Positions 9,774 to 18,366 of a stretch of DNA of 64,000 nt are shown here, in pieces; position 1 is the stretch's first letter, and each line of letters begins with the position of its first letter. This DNA is from Thermoanaerobaculia bacterium (lineage in GTDB: Bacteria > Acidobacteriota > Thermoanaerobaculia > Gp7-AA8): NCBI GenBank assembly GCA_036009605.1, contig DASYLL010000012.1, positions 4,810-68,809 on the forward strand. The letters run 5' to 3'. The translations under genes and the position numbers were made by a program. The notes under the pieces are model-generated. The model had not been told where the DNA came from and did no database searches. It was given only the letters and a program-made list of their open reading frames with translations.

Positions 9774-10262
9774 ATGCCTTCGAAAGTATTTGTTGGGAAC
9801 CTTGATTTCAATACGACGCGCAATGAAGTGCAGGATCTGTTTGCTCAGGTCGGAGAAGTGCGCGACGTATTTCTGCCGATGGATCGCGAGAGCGGCCGTC
9901 CGCGCGGCTTCGCGTTCGTGGAGTATGCGAACGATGAAGATGCGGCGACTTCGATCGAACGCTTCAACGGCTTTCAGCTCGGCGGACGCGCACTGCGCGT
10001 GAACGCCGCGGAAGACCGTCCGCGCACTGGTGGCGGCGGCGGCCGCGGTGGTGGCGGCGGTGGCTACGGCGGCGGCGGCGGTGGTGGCTACGGTGGTGGC
10101 GGTGGCGGCTACGGCGGCGGTGGTTATGGCGGCGGCGGTGGTGGCGGCTACGGCGGTGGTGGCGGCGGCGGAACCGGCGGTGGCGGCGGCGATCGCTACG
10201 GCGCGCCGGCGAAGCCGAAAGGCAGCCGACGCAACATCCGCGGCAAAAAGCGCAGCCTGTAG
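9774..10262 (+). CDS. RRM-type RNA-binding protein with long Gly/Tyr-rich C-terminal tail
   Basis: ORF 9591..10262, trimmed to ATG at 9774 (MPSKVFVGNLDF = RNP2; RGFAFVEY = RNP1). C-terminal ~70 aa of GGGYGGGG repeats. Confidence 0.85.
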   Translation: MPSKVFVGNLDFNTTRNEVQDLFAQVGEVRDVFLPMDRESGRPRGFAFVEYANDEDAATSIERFNGFQLGGRALRVNAAEDRPRTGGGGGRGGGGGGYGGGGGGGYGGGGGGYGGGGYGGGGGGGYGGGGGGGTGGGGGDRYGAPAKPKGSRRNIRGKKRSL

Positions 10263-10263
10263 C

Positions 10264-10489
10264 CGCGGTCTTCGACCGCGTTGTCGGTTGTCAGCCTGAG
10301 GGCGTTGTCGGTTGTCAGTTGTCGGTTGTCGGTGAGGGGTCGTTTTCACCGGACAGCGGATGACTGACAACCGCGAAGCCGTGTTCCGTTGTCTGTCCGT
10401 GATCGCTTTCACCAGACACCCCGGACAACCGAGAATCGATAACCGATAACCTGACAACCGCGAACTGAGAGCGCAAAGCCCCTCAGTTC
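10264..10489. repeat. Compound intergenic repeat built from GGTTGTC(A/G)G words and their complements, flanked by two small hairpins
   Basis: Hairpin cgcggtc-ttc-gaccgcg (10264-10280). Tandem ttgtcggttgtcag copies (10281-10332). Direct repeat ctgacaaccgcgaa at 10364-10377 and 10451-10464. Related tcg(t/c)tttcacc(g/a)gaca at 10339 and 10401. Hairpin gaactgag/ctcagttc (10462-10489) overlaps the VWA gene stop. Confidence 0.8.
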
Positions 10490-12801
10490 GCCCAGTACCC
10501 CTGAATGGTTCGCACGTTGGCGTCGCGTCGCTCGACGTCGACCCGGATGTTGCGCCATGCCCCGGCTTTGATGCCCGTCGGTCGCGTGAAGGACAACACG
10601 TACTGGCCGCGCATCTCGGCCGCCAGCCGATCGAACATCGCGGGGAACGTCTCTTCAGGCTCGCCGGTGAACATCGTTCCTCCGGTCACTTCCGCGATGT
10701 GCATCAGCGCGTGAGGTGGACGCGAGCGCGCGCTCTCCTCGGGCGGCGAAACGACATAGATCGGAACACCAACCGCGCGCGCCAGCCGCTCGCATTCTTT
10801 CGCGCTCCCGCTGCTCGTGCCTTCGCGACCATCCGAGAGAACGAGCAGCGCTTTCTTTCCGCTGATCCCCTGGAACTGCTGCAGCGCGAATGTCACGCCA
10901 TCGAAGATCGACGTGCCGCCCTGCGGGACCATGTCGAACACGAGGCTGCGCAGACGCTGTCCGTCGCTCGTGCGGCCATGCACGATGCGCGCGCCATGAT
11001 CGAACGAGAGCAGAAACGCGACGTCCTGCGGACGCAACGCGCGCCCGAGAAACTCGGCCGCTGCGCGCATCACGTAGAGCTGTCGTCCGCGCATGCTCGA
11101 CGAGCTGTCGATGGCGACACCGATCGTCACCGGCTCGTCGTCCGAGGAACGGAGTGTCGGGCTGACGCGCTTGCCTTCGTCCGCGATCTTGAAGTCTTTC
11201 GCCTGCAAGCCGCCGACGATCTCGCCTTTGCGACTGGTGACGCTGGCGATGAGCGTGACCGCGCCGACTTCGACCGACTCGCTCACGCCCGATGCGTTGT
11301 AGATCCTCGTCGACTCGGCAGTCGTGCCGTCATCGAGCGTTACTACGGCGCGTAGATATCCGAACTCGCCTTCCGCAACGTTGATCTTCGTTCGAAACGG
11401 CGGAGCCTTCAGCGTCGCGACCTGCTTGTCGTTCCACTGAAGATCCACGCGCTGAACGGATCGCTCCGGCGGCAGGCTCACGTCGAGCTCGACGTCGGTC
11501 GCACCACTGATCCACGTCATCGCCGGGTTCACGATCGACACGAAGAACGCGTCGGCGCGGTCGTTGACCGTGACCATGGCCTCGCCCATCGCCTTCCCTG
11601 CCCTATCGAGCGCCACCGCCTTCACGATGCGCGCACGCGGAATGCGTCCGAGGTCGATCGTCACGCGAAACGGCTGCTCGCTCGCGGAGCCGACCTTCGT
11701 CTCGTCGAGATAGAAATCGACGCGCGTGATGCCCGCTTTCGCCTGCAGGTAAAAGTCCGCATCGCCGACGATCGTGCGTCGCGCCGGCGGCACGATCCGA
11801 ATCAGTGCGTCGTCGTTTGTGAGCGGTGCGATTGCAGCTGCGCTCTTCGCGACTGCTGCTGCGCCGCTCTTCGGCGGCAGTGGCTGATCGTCGAGACGCA
11901 AAAGCCCGAGACGCGCCTGCGCCAGGGTGACCGATCCGACGGGCGCCAGCGCGTACGCCTTGCGATACGCCGCGACGGCTTTGTTGAGGGAAATGTAGTC
12001 CGTCTCGAGGCGCCTCGTCGTCTTGCCATTCAGATCGCGCGCGTAGACCTGCTTCGTGGCCGCAGCCTCGCTCTGACTCGCGATCGCGAGATGCGCATCC
12101 GCCGCGACCGCGTCATTCGCGGGACTCTTGAGGACCTGTTCGATCATTCGCCGGCCGCGGTGCTTCTGCGAGATGTCCCAGAGCGCGCATCCGGCAAGCA
12201 CCTCCGCGAGCTGCGCCGACGCGATGTCGTTCTGCGCGCGAAACGCTTTCGCCGCCTTTTCCAGGCGGTCGGCCGCGTTCTGGCCCTTGTGCACGTTCAG
12301 CAGCGCGTTGCCGAGATCGAGCTCGGCGTCCGCGATCTGTCCCGCGAATCGACGCTCGACGGAACGACGAATGAGCGCTCGCTCCGCGCGAAAGCGCAGC
12401 AGCTCTTCCACGACATGGTTCCACGTGTGTTTCTGAGGGAGGACGAACAGTTGCTGGCCGGACGCATCGAAGAGCATGCGCAGCGGCGCTCCCGGTTTCT
12501 GCGCGAGTTTCTGCAGGAGCGGATCGCGCGACTCCATCGTGTTCGCAGTGACGCGCAACAGCACGAACGAATCAAGCGCATGCACGAAGATCGGATCCGC
12601 CGCCGCTTTTTCGAACGCTTCATCGAGATCGCATCGCGAGCAAGCGGAGCGCAGATTGACGAGCAGCATCTTCTGCTGCGCGCGCGCAGCCGCAAGCGCG
12701 GACTTCACATCGGAATGCCAATGGAGCGGCTCGGCCGCGAGCGTTGCCTGGGCGCCGAGGAAGAGGATGAGGGTGATTCCGACTACGCGGATCGCGGGCA
12801 T
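10483..12801 (-). CDS. Secreted VWA-domain protein (acidobacterial VWFA-related type) with N-terminal TPR/thioredoxin-like region
   Basis: Signal peptide MPAIRVVGITLILFLGAQATLAA. VWA MIDAS-like VAIDSSSSMRG ... LLVLSDGREGTS in the C-terminal third. Confidence 0.8.
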   Translation of the reverse strand: MPAIRVVGITLILFLGAQATLAAEPLHWHSDVKSALAAARAQQKMLLVNLRSACSRCDLDEAFEKAAADPIFVHALDSFVLLRVTANTMESRDPLLQKLAQKPGAPLRMLFDASGQQLFVLPQKHTWNHVVEELLRFRAERALIRRSVERRFAGQIADAELDLGNALLNVHKGQNAADRLEKAAKAFRAQNDIASAQLAEVLAGCALWDISQKHRGRRMIEQVLKSPANDAVAADAHLAIASQSEAAATKQVYARDLNGKTTRRLETDYISLNKAVAAYRKAYALAPVGSVTLAQARLGLLRLDDQPLPPKSGAAAVAKSAAAIAPLTNDDALIRIVPPARRTIVGDADFYLQAKAGITRVDFYLDETKVGSASEQPFRVTIDLGRIPRARIVKAVALDRAGKAMGEAMVTVNDRADAFFVSIVNPAMTWISGATDVELDVSLPPERSVQRVDLQWNDKQVATLKAPPFRTKINVAEGEFGYLRAVVTLDDGTTAESTRIYNASGVSESVEVGAVTLIASVTSRKGEIVGGLQAKDFKIADEGKRVSPTLRSSDDEPVTIGVAIDSSSSMRGRQLYVMRAAAEFLGRALRPQDVAFLLSFDHGARIVHGRTSDGQRLRSLVFDMVPQGGTSIFDGVTFALQQFQGISGKKALLVLSDGREGTSSGSAKECERLARAVGVPIYVVSPPEESARSRPPHALMHIAEVTGGTMFTGEPEETFPAMFDRLAAEMRGQYVLSFTRPTGIKAGAWRNIRVDVERRDANVRTIQGYWAN

Positions 12802-12812
12802 GGGGACGATTA

Positions 12813-14618
12813 TCAGATACCGGTCACGCGAACCACTTCCTCGAAACTGGTAATTCCTTCGGCGAGCTTGCGCAGCGCGCTTTGCCGCAGCGTGCGCATG
12901 CCGCGCTTGACGGCCATTTCCTTGATCTTGATGAAATCCTCGCCGCGGTCGATGAGGTCGCGAATCGAGTTGTCGATCTGGAGGATCTCGAAGATGCCGG
13001 TGCGGCCGTAGTAGCCAGTGTTGCGGCAGCGGATGCAGCCCGCTCCTTCTTTGACGATGATGCGCTTCCCCGCCGGTGCCTGCAGGTTAAGCATGCCCGC
13101 TTCTTCGATGCTCAGCGGACGATTGCGTTTGCAGTCGTCGCAGATGCGGCGCACGAGACGCTGCGCCATCGCACCGATCAGCGTCGACGAGATCAGGAAC
13201 GGCTGGATGTCGAGATCGACGAGGCGCGTGATCGACGACGACGCATCGTTCGTGTGCAGCGACGAGAACACGAGATGTCCCGTCAACGCCGCCTGCACCG
13301 CGTTCTGCGCGGTCTCCTGATCGCGGATCTCCCCGACCATGATGATGTCGGGATCCTGACGCAGGATCGTTCGCAGCGCGGACGCGAACGTGATCCCGAT
13401 CTTGTTCTGCACCGACGTCTGATTGAACTCGTCGTGCACCATTTCGATCGGGTCTTCGATCGTCGTGATGTTCACCTCGGGGGACGCGAGGCTCTTGAGC
13501 GCCGAATACAACGTCACGGTTTTACCGGACCCGGTAGGACCGGTGACGAGGATGATGCCGTGCGGACGCTTGATCCATTCCGCGAACATCTTCAGCTCGT
13601 CCTCGTAGAAGCCGAGGCCTGCGAGCTCGCGGAGCATGACGTCGGGATCGAAGACGCGCATGACGACTTTCTCGCCGAACGCAGTGGGCAGCGTCGAAAC
13701 GCGCAGCTCGACTTCCTGTCCGTTGTGCTCCGTCTTGATGCGGCCATCCTGCGGACGACGCTTCTCCGCGATGTCCATGCGGCACATCGTCTTGAGGCGC
13801 GAGGTGATGGCCAGGTTCACGAGCTTCGGCACGCGCTGGATCTCGTGCAGCACGCCGTCGATGCGAAACCGTATCGCGGCCTCTTCGCGTTTCGGCTCGA
13901 TGTGAATGTCGGACGCACGCGATTCGTACGCGTGCTGCAGCAGAAAGTCGACGGCGTTGACGATGTGCGCATCGCTGGTCTCGATCTCGGAGCCGGACTT
14001 GAGCTTGATGTACTGCTCGAGGTTGCCGAGGTCGATGGCGCCCTTGGAGAGATCGCGCTGCGCTTTTGTGACCGAGGCGCGGAAACCGTACTGCTCGTTG
14101 ATCACGCCCATCACGTCGCTCTCGGCGGAGACGACGATCTCGAGATCCTGCTTCGCCATCGGGCGATACGAATCGATGGCGATGCTGTCGAACGGATTGA
14201 CGATCGCGACGACGAGCTTTCCGTCGCGGATCGCGACGGGAACCATGCGGTTCTTGCGCGCGAACGGACGCGAGATGCGCGACTCGATCATCTGCACGTC
14301 GAGCTTGAGCGGATCGATTTTGTAGAACGGCAGCCGCGCATCCTCGGCGATGAGTCGCGCGAGCAGGAAGTCGTCCATGCGTGTGCCGTTGCCGCTCGCG
14401 TCGGTGAGATTCATCGCGGCGAGGACTTTGAATGGACTGGCATCTTCGTCCGCGCGCGACTTCGAGCTGCGCGCCTGCAAACGGAACTGCTTGTCCGCGT
14501 TCTCGACTTCGGTACGCTGCTTCTCGTCGATGAATCCGGAGTTGAACAGCAGGTCACCGAGGTACGAGACCGTGATCTCACGGCTCGGTCGCGCTGCGGC
14601 GATGGGTGCGGTAGTCAT
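12813..14618 (-). CDS. GspE/PilB-family type II secretion / type IV pilus assembly ATPase
   Basis: Walker A GPTGSGKTVT, Asp/His boxes, Walker B IIMVGEIRD, LTGHLVFSSLHTNDA, C-terminal CxxC...CxxC. N-terminal T2SSE_N-like YLGDLLFNSGFIDEKQ. Confidence 0.9.
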   Translation of the reverse strand: MTTAPIAAARPSREITVSYLGDLLFNSGFIDEKQRTEVENADKQFRLQARSSKSRADEDASPFKVLAAMNLTDASGNGTRMDDFLLARLIAEDARLPFYKIDPLKLDVQMIESRISRPFARKNRMVPVAIRDGKLVVAIVNPFDSIAIDSYRPMAKQDLEIVVSAESDVMGVINEQYGFRASVTKAQRDLSKGAIDLGNLEQYIKLKSGSEIETSDAHIVNAVDFLLQHAYESRASDIHIEPKREEAAIRFRIDGVLHEIQRVPKLVNLAITSRLKTMCRMDIAEKRRPQDGRIKTEHNGQEVELRVSTLPTAFGEKVVMRVFDPDVMLRELAGLGFYEDELKMFAEWIKRPHGIILVTGPTGSGKTVTLYSALKSLASPEVNITTIEDPIEMVHDEFNQTSVQNKIGITFASALRTILRQDPDIIMVGEIRDQETAQNAVQAALTGHLVFSSLHTNDASSSITRLVDLDIQPFLISSTLIGAMAQRLVRRICDDCKRNRPLSIEEAGMLNLQAPAGKRIIVKEGAGCIRCRNTGYYGRTGIFEILQIDNSIRDLIDRGEDFIKIKEMAVKRGMRTLRQSALRKLAEGITSFEEVVRVTGI

Positions 14619-14657
14619 GGATGGATGGATATTCTAACTCTGTCACCCCGAGCGGGC

Positions 14658-15842
14658 TCAGTGCACTTCCAGCAAAAACCCCTTCAAATACTCCCCTTCC
14701 GGGCAATAGACCGACACCGGATGATCAGGCCCCGCGGTCAAGCGTCGCACGATCGATACTCGCCGCCCCGCATCGAGCGCCGCGGCGAAGATCACTTTTT
14801 GAAAAAGATCGATCGACATGTGGCCCGAGCACGAGAACGTCATCAGCTGTCCGCCGGGCTCGATCATGCGCATCGCGTGCAGGTTCACGTCTTTGTAGCC
14901 GCGCGCCGCGCGGTCGACTTCCCCGCGACTTTTCGCGAATGCGGGAGGGTCGCAGATCAGGAGGTCGTAGCGTTCGCGATGCTGTCGCACGTACTGAAAC
15001 GCATCTGCGACGGTGAGCTCGCCTTCGACGCCATTGAGCGCTTGATTCTCACGCGCGAGGTCGATCGCTTTCGCCGAAACGTCGACGTTCGTGACGCTCG
15101 TCGCGCCGCCTGATGCCGCGTAAATACCGAACGCGCCGCTGTACGAGAAGAGATTCAGCACGCGCTTTCCTGCTGCGAGCGTGCGCGTCAGGCGGCGATT
15201 CTCGCGTTGATCGAGGAAGAAACCGGTCTTCTGTCCTTCGCGCGGATCGAGCTTGAATCGCAGTCCTGATTCACGAATCGTCGTCACCGCGTCACCTTCG
15301 CCGATCTGTTCGTCTTCGGTCGTCAGTCGCTCGAGCTCGCGCACCGGCAAGTCGTTCTTGAAGTACACGACGCGCGGCGAGAGTTGCTGGCGCAACGCAT
15401 CGACGAGCAGCGGCTTCAGCTGCTCCGCGCCGCGATTCGCAATCTCGACGACGAGCAGATCGTCATAGCGATCGACGACGATGCCGCTGAGCTCATCGCC
15501 TTCCGCATGCACGACGCGCGCGGCGTTGGTCGTGTCGTCGAAGATCGACCGACGCCGTGCAACCGCATCGGCGACGCGCGACGCGATCACGTCCGCGGTC
15601 AGCTCCTGTTCGCTGAACGTGAGCGCACGAAGACGGATCTGCGAATGCCGTGAATAGAGACCGGACGCGACGCGCTTGCCGTCGGGATCGACGAGGTCGG
15701 CAATCGCGGCATCCTCGGGACCTTTCTCGGATTGAATCGCGCCGGCGAAGATCCAGGGATGGCGATTCGCGATTACGCGCTCTTTGCCTCGCTTGAGCAC
15801 GAGTCGGCGGCGCTGGTCAGTGGCAAAAAGTGAGTCATTCAT
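14658..15842 (-). CDS. rlmI: Class I SAM-dependent rRNA (cytosine-C5) methyltransferase, RlmI-like (PUA + MTase)
   Basis: N-terminal RGKERVIANRHPWIFAGAI (PUA-like), LNLFSYSGAFG SAM motif, ICDPPAF catalytic motif. ~394 aa, as for RlmI. Confidence 0.8.
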   Translation of the reverse strand: MNDSLFATDQRRRLVLKRGKERVIANRHPWIFAGAIQSEKGPEDAAIADLVDPDGKRVASGLYSRHSQIRLRALTFSEQELTADVIASRVADAVARRRSIFDDTTNAARVVHAEGDELSGIVVDRYDDLLVVEIANRGAEQLKPLLVDALRQQLSPRVVYFKNDLPVRELERLTTEDEQIGEGDAVTTIRESGLRFKLDPREGQKTGFFLDQRENRRLTRTLAAGKRVLNLFSYSGAFGIYAASGGATSVTNVDVSAKAIDLARENQALNGVEGELTVADAFQYVRQHRERYDLLICDPPAFAKSRGEVDRAARGYKDVNLHAMRMIEPGGQLMTFSCSGHMSIDLFQKVIFAAALDAGRRVSIVRRLTAGPDHPVSVYCPEGEYLKGFLLEVH

Positions 15843-15865
15843 CGATTGCCCTATAATCCCTGCAA

Positions 15866-16369
15866 ATGTCCCTAACGCGAACCAGAGAATTTCACACGCA
15901 GTGTCAGGAAGAGGTCTACCGTCAGGTCAAGACCTACCTGGATGAGCTCGTCGACGAACATTTCGACGATGCCGATCACTGTGACTTCTATCTCAAGTAC
16001 GGTTCGACGGTGCTGGAGATCTCCATCGATGCCTACGAGGAAGACGATGCGGTCATCGAAATCCTCGCGTTCTGTGTCCAGGGAGTGGAGCCGACGTTCG
16101 AGTTGATGAAGGAGCTGCTGCTCCTGAACTCCGATGTCCGCATGGGGGCGTTCAGTGTGGTGGAACAGGACATCTTCTATTCGCACACATTCCTCGGGCG
16201 CCGTGTGCCTCCCGAGCAGCTCATCGCCTCGCTCGGCAACGTGGCCAGCGTGTCCGATCTCTACGGCGAAAAGCTCGCGGCGCGATACGGCGGAGAGACC
16301 GCGCTGGAGCGTCTGCGGAGCAATGCCAAACGCCATCGCACGGTCGCCGTCAGCGCTCAGAATAATTAA
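15866..16369 (+). CDS. YbjN-like (putative sensory-transduction/chaperone-like) cytoplasmic protein
   Basis: 167-aa acidic protein. Pattern FYLKYGSTVLEISI...ILAFCV...LLLLNSDVRMGAFSV resembles the YbjN/T3SS-chaperone-like fold. Recognised from memory only. Confidence 0.5.
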   Translation: MSLTRTREFHTQCQEEVYRQVKTYLDELVDEHFDDADHCDFYLKYGSTVLEISIDAYEEDDAVIEILAFCVQGVEPTFELMKELLLLNSDVRMGAFSVVEQDIFYSHTFLGRRVPPEQLIASLGNVASVSDLYGEKLAARYGGETALERLRSNAKRHRTVAVSAQNN

Positions 16370-16403
16370 TGGCGTGGCATTCTCATTGCTCTATCGGAGC
16401 GTA

Positions 16404-17006
16404 ATGCACACGCGCATTTCGCTGCTTACGGTCGCCCTCGCCGCAGTCCTTGCGGCCGGTTGCACCGGTGGCTCGGAAACGAAAGCCGCCGACGAACGAA
16501 CCACCGTCACTGACGTTGCGACCGCGACAGAGCCGCAGCTCGACGCGCAGGACGCGCTGGGCTCGATCAACCGCGCCATCCCGATCTACGACGGCGCCGA
16601 TTTCCGACAGGACCTCACCCGCCGCGACGAAGTCATGATCCGCAATCGCTACGGCGCAGACGCGCAGGTCTACACGCTCGCCAGCGACGATTCCTTCCCG
16701 CAGGTCTATCACTACTACATGACCTACCTCGCGCAGTTCCGCGCGTTCCCCTCGCAGAACCCGTATCCGTCCTCACAGAAAAACTGGCGCACGCTCGAAG
16801 TGCAGCTCAATCAGGCAATGCAGGATCCGTTCATCCCCGGCGAAGCCCTCGACCTGCTCGGAAAGCAGGTCATGCTGCAGGTCGCGGAAACCGAAACGGA
16901 GCCGAAGACGGTGATCCGCTACATCGTGACGCCGCGTCCGGCGGCGGTGCCTGTGCCGGTGGCAACGGCCGCGAATGGCGTGACCGCGGACCCCGTAGCA
17001 CGATAG
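16404..17006 (+). CDS. Lipoprotein, function unknown
   Basis: ORF 16134..17006, trimmed to ATG at 16404. Lipobox LAAVLAAGC|TGG. Confidence 0.6.
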   Translation: MHTRISLLTVALAAVLAAGCTGGSETKAADERTTVTDVATATEPQLDAQDALGSINRAIPIYDGADFRQDLTRRDEVMIRNRYGADAQVYTLASDDSFPQVYHYYMTYLAQFRAFPSQNPYPSSQKNWRTLEVQLNQAMQDPFIPGEALDLLGKQVMLQVAETETEPKTVIRYIVTPRPAAVPVPVATAANGVTADPVAR

Positions 17007-17115
17007 AGTCTCAGAGTCGCATAGTCTCAGAGTCTCAGAGGGCTTCGCTTCCCGGCAAGCTTTCGGCGAACGCGAAGCGTCCTCTGAGACTCTGAGACTA
17101 TGCGACTCTGAGACT
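17007..17115. repeat. 109-bp nested palindromic element: perfect 35-bp inverted repeat made of CAGAGTC(T/G) words around an inner hairpin
   Basis: Left arm 17007-17041 agtctcagagtcgcatagtctcagagtctcagagg is the exact reverse complement of right arm 17081-17115. Centre has gcttcgc...gcgaagc (17042-48 / 17072-78). It starts 1 nt after the lipoprotein stop and ends 9 nt before the usp ATG. Confidence 0.9.
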
Positions 17116-17123
17116 TACCGACG

Positions 17124-17900
17124 ATGTTCCACCGCATCCTCATCCCGACCGACTTCTCGACCGCTTCCGAGTGGGTGTTCGAGGACGCCGTCCGCATCGC
17201 CGGCACGAGCGGCGCGGAGTTGATCATCCTGCACGTGCGGATGACCTGGGCATCGCATCCCGATGAGCTGCGCTTCCCTGCCGATCCTTCGCTCTACGAA
17301 TACGCGGAAAAGCTCGAGCTGGAACGGCTGCGCGATCGTGTGCGTCGCGCGAATGCATCCGTCGCAACGCGGCTCATCGTGCGACAGGCACCGGATCCCG
17401 GCGATGAAATCTGCCGCACTGCGAAATCGGAGAACGTCGATCTCATCGTCATCGCCACGCATGGACGACATCACGTCGCGCATCTGCTCGTCGGATCGAC
17501 GACGATGTCCGTGCTGAAAGATCCGCCGTCGCCCGTGCTCGCGATTCGCTACGGCATCCGCAAACGCGCCGCAATGAAACGCGTCGTCGTGCCGGTGCAT
17601 CTGCAGCAGACATCGCATCGCGCACTCGAGCTGGCCGCGCGCGAAGCGGGTGAAATTCATCTCGTCACCGTCTGCTCCGAAGAAGATCAGAACCGCGCCG
17701 ACGAGATGCTGCGCGGGCTCAGCGCCAATCTGCCGAACGTGAAGATCGCCGTGATCCGCGGGAAGGATCCGGAAGATGAGCTGCTCGACTACACGATGAA
17801 AGTCGATGCCGACGCGATTTTTCTCAATCGCGCATCCGAGCCGAGCCAGCGCAAGATCGACATCGTCCGTCACGCACGCGTGCCGGTAATGGTCGTGTGA
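17124..17900 (+). CDS. Universal stress protein, tandem UspA domains
   Basis: MFHRILIPTDFS..., HVAHLLVGSTTMSVL, second Usp repeat RVVVPVH...; 258 aa. Confidence 0.85.
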   Translation: MFHRILIPTDFSTASEWVFEDAVRIAGTSGAELIILHVRMTWASHPDELRFPADPSLYEYAEKLELERLRDRVRRANASVATRLIVRQAPDPGDEICRTAKSENVDLIVIATHGRHHVAHLLVGSTTMSVLKDPPSPVLAIRYGIRKRAAMKRVVVPVHLQQTSHRALELAAREAGEIHLVTVCSEEDQNRADEMLRGLSANLPNVKIAVIRGKDPEDELLDYTMKVDADAIFLNRASEPSQRKIDIVRHARVPVMVV

Positions 17901-18262
17901 CTAGACCAGCCGCGCCGCAAACTCCCCGACGCTCCCGACTCGATCCGCCGGTTCTTCGCCAATGCGCGATCGATCGCATCACCTGCTTCGCGCAAAACAC
18001 GCGCACGTTCGCGAATCGGAAGCGGATTGATGTCGGGACCGACCGAGTTACCGTTCCACGTCACGACGCGATCGCCGATCGCTACACCCGCGCGCTCCGC
18101 CGGACTTCGGCCGCGTGACATGACTCGTGAAACTCAAAGCCACGAAGATCGCGGCGAGCACAACCTGGACCCGGCAAAACAACACCGGAGGCTTCGTTTT
18201 CATGAATGGCAGGGCCGCATGGATTGTAGCTGGAGCCCGCTGTGTTAGTGTCTTCTCTGCGT

Positions 18263-18337
18263 GCGGAGTTAGCTCAGCGGTAGAGCATCTCGCTTACACC
18301 GAGGGGGCCAGGGGTTCGAATCCCTTACTCCGCACCA
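18263..18337 (+). tRNA. tRNA-Val (anticodon TAC), CCA encoded
   Basis: Hand-folded cloverleaf: acceptor GCGGAGT/ACTCCGC, D arm GCTC-AGCGGTA-GAGC, anticodon arm TCTCG-CTTACAC-CGAGG, T arm AGGGG-TTCGAAT-CCCTT, discriminator A + CCA. Confidence 0.9.
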
Positions 18338-18366
18338 ACTTCATCGGCCTCCTTCACTCGCCTCCT

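Noticed and set aside
9681-10457. 258-aa minus-strand ORF and Ala-rich plus-strand ORF 10030..10299
   Set aside because: They are products of the GGC/GGT repeat encoding the glycine-rich tail of the RRM protein, read in other frames or on the other strand (poly-Ala/Thr/Pro low complexity).
10281-10464. CRISPR array hypothesis for the tandem word repeats (also at 17007-17115 and 21280-21363)
   Set aside because: The repeat units are only 7-8 nt and directly abutting, with no unique spacers. The arms are mirror-symmetric palindromes and no cas genes are nearby.
12882-15113. 743-aa plus-strand ORF
   Set aside because: It is antisense to the GspE/PilB ATPase and RlmI genes, both of which have unambiguous motifs. 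It has no motifs of its own and shadow-ORF composition.
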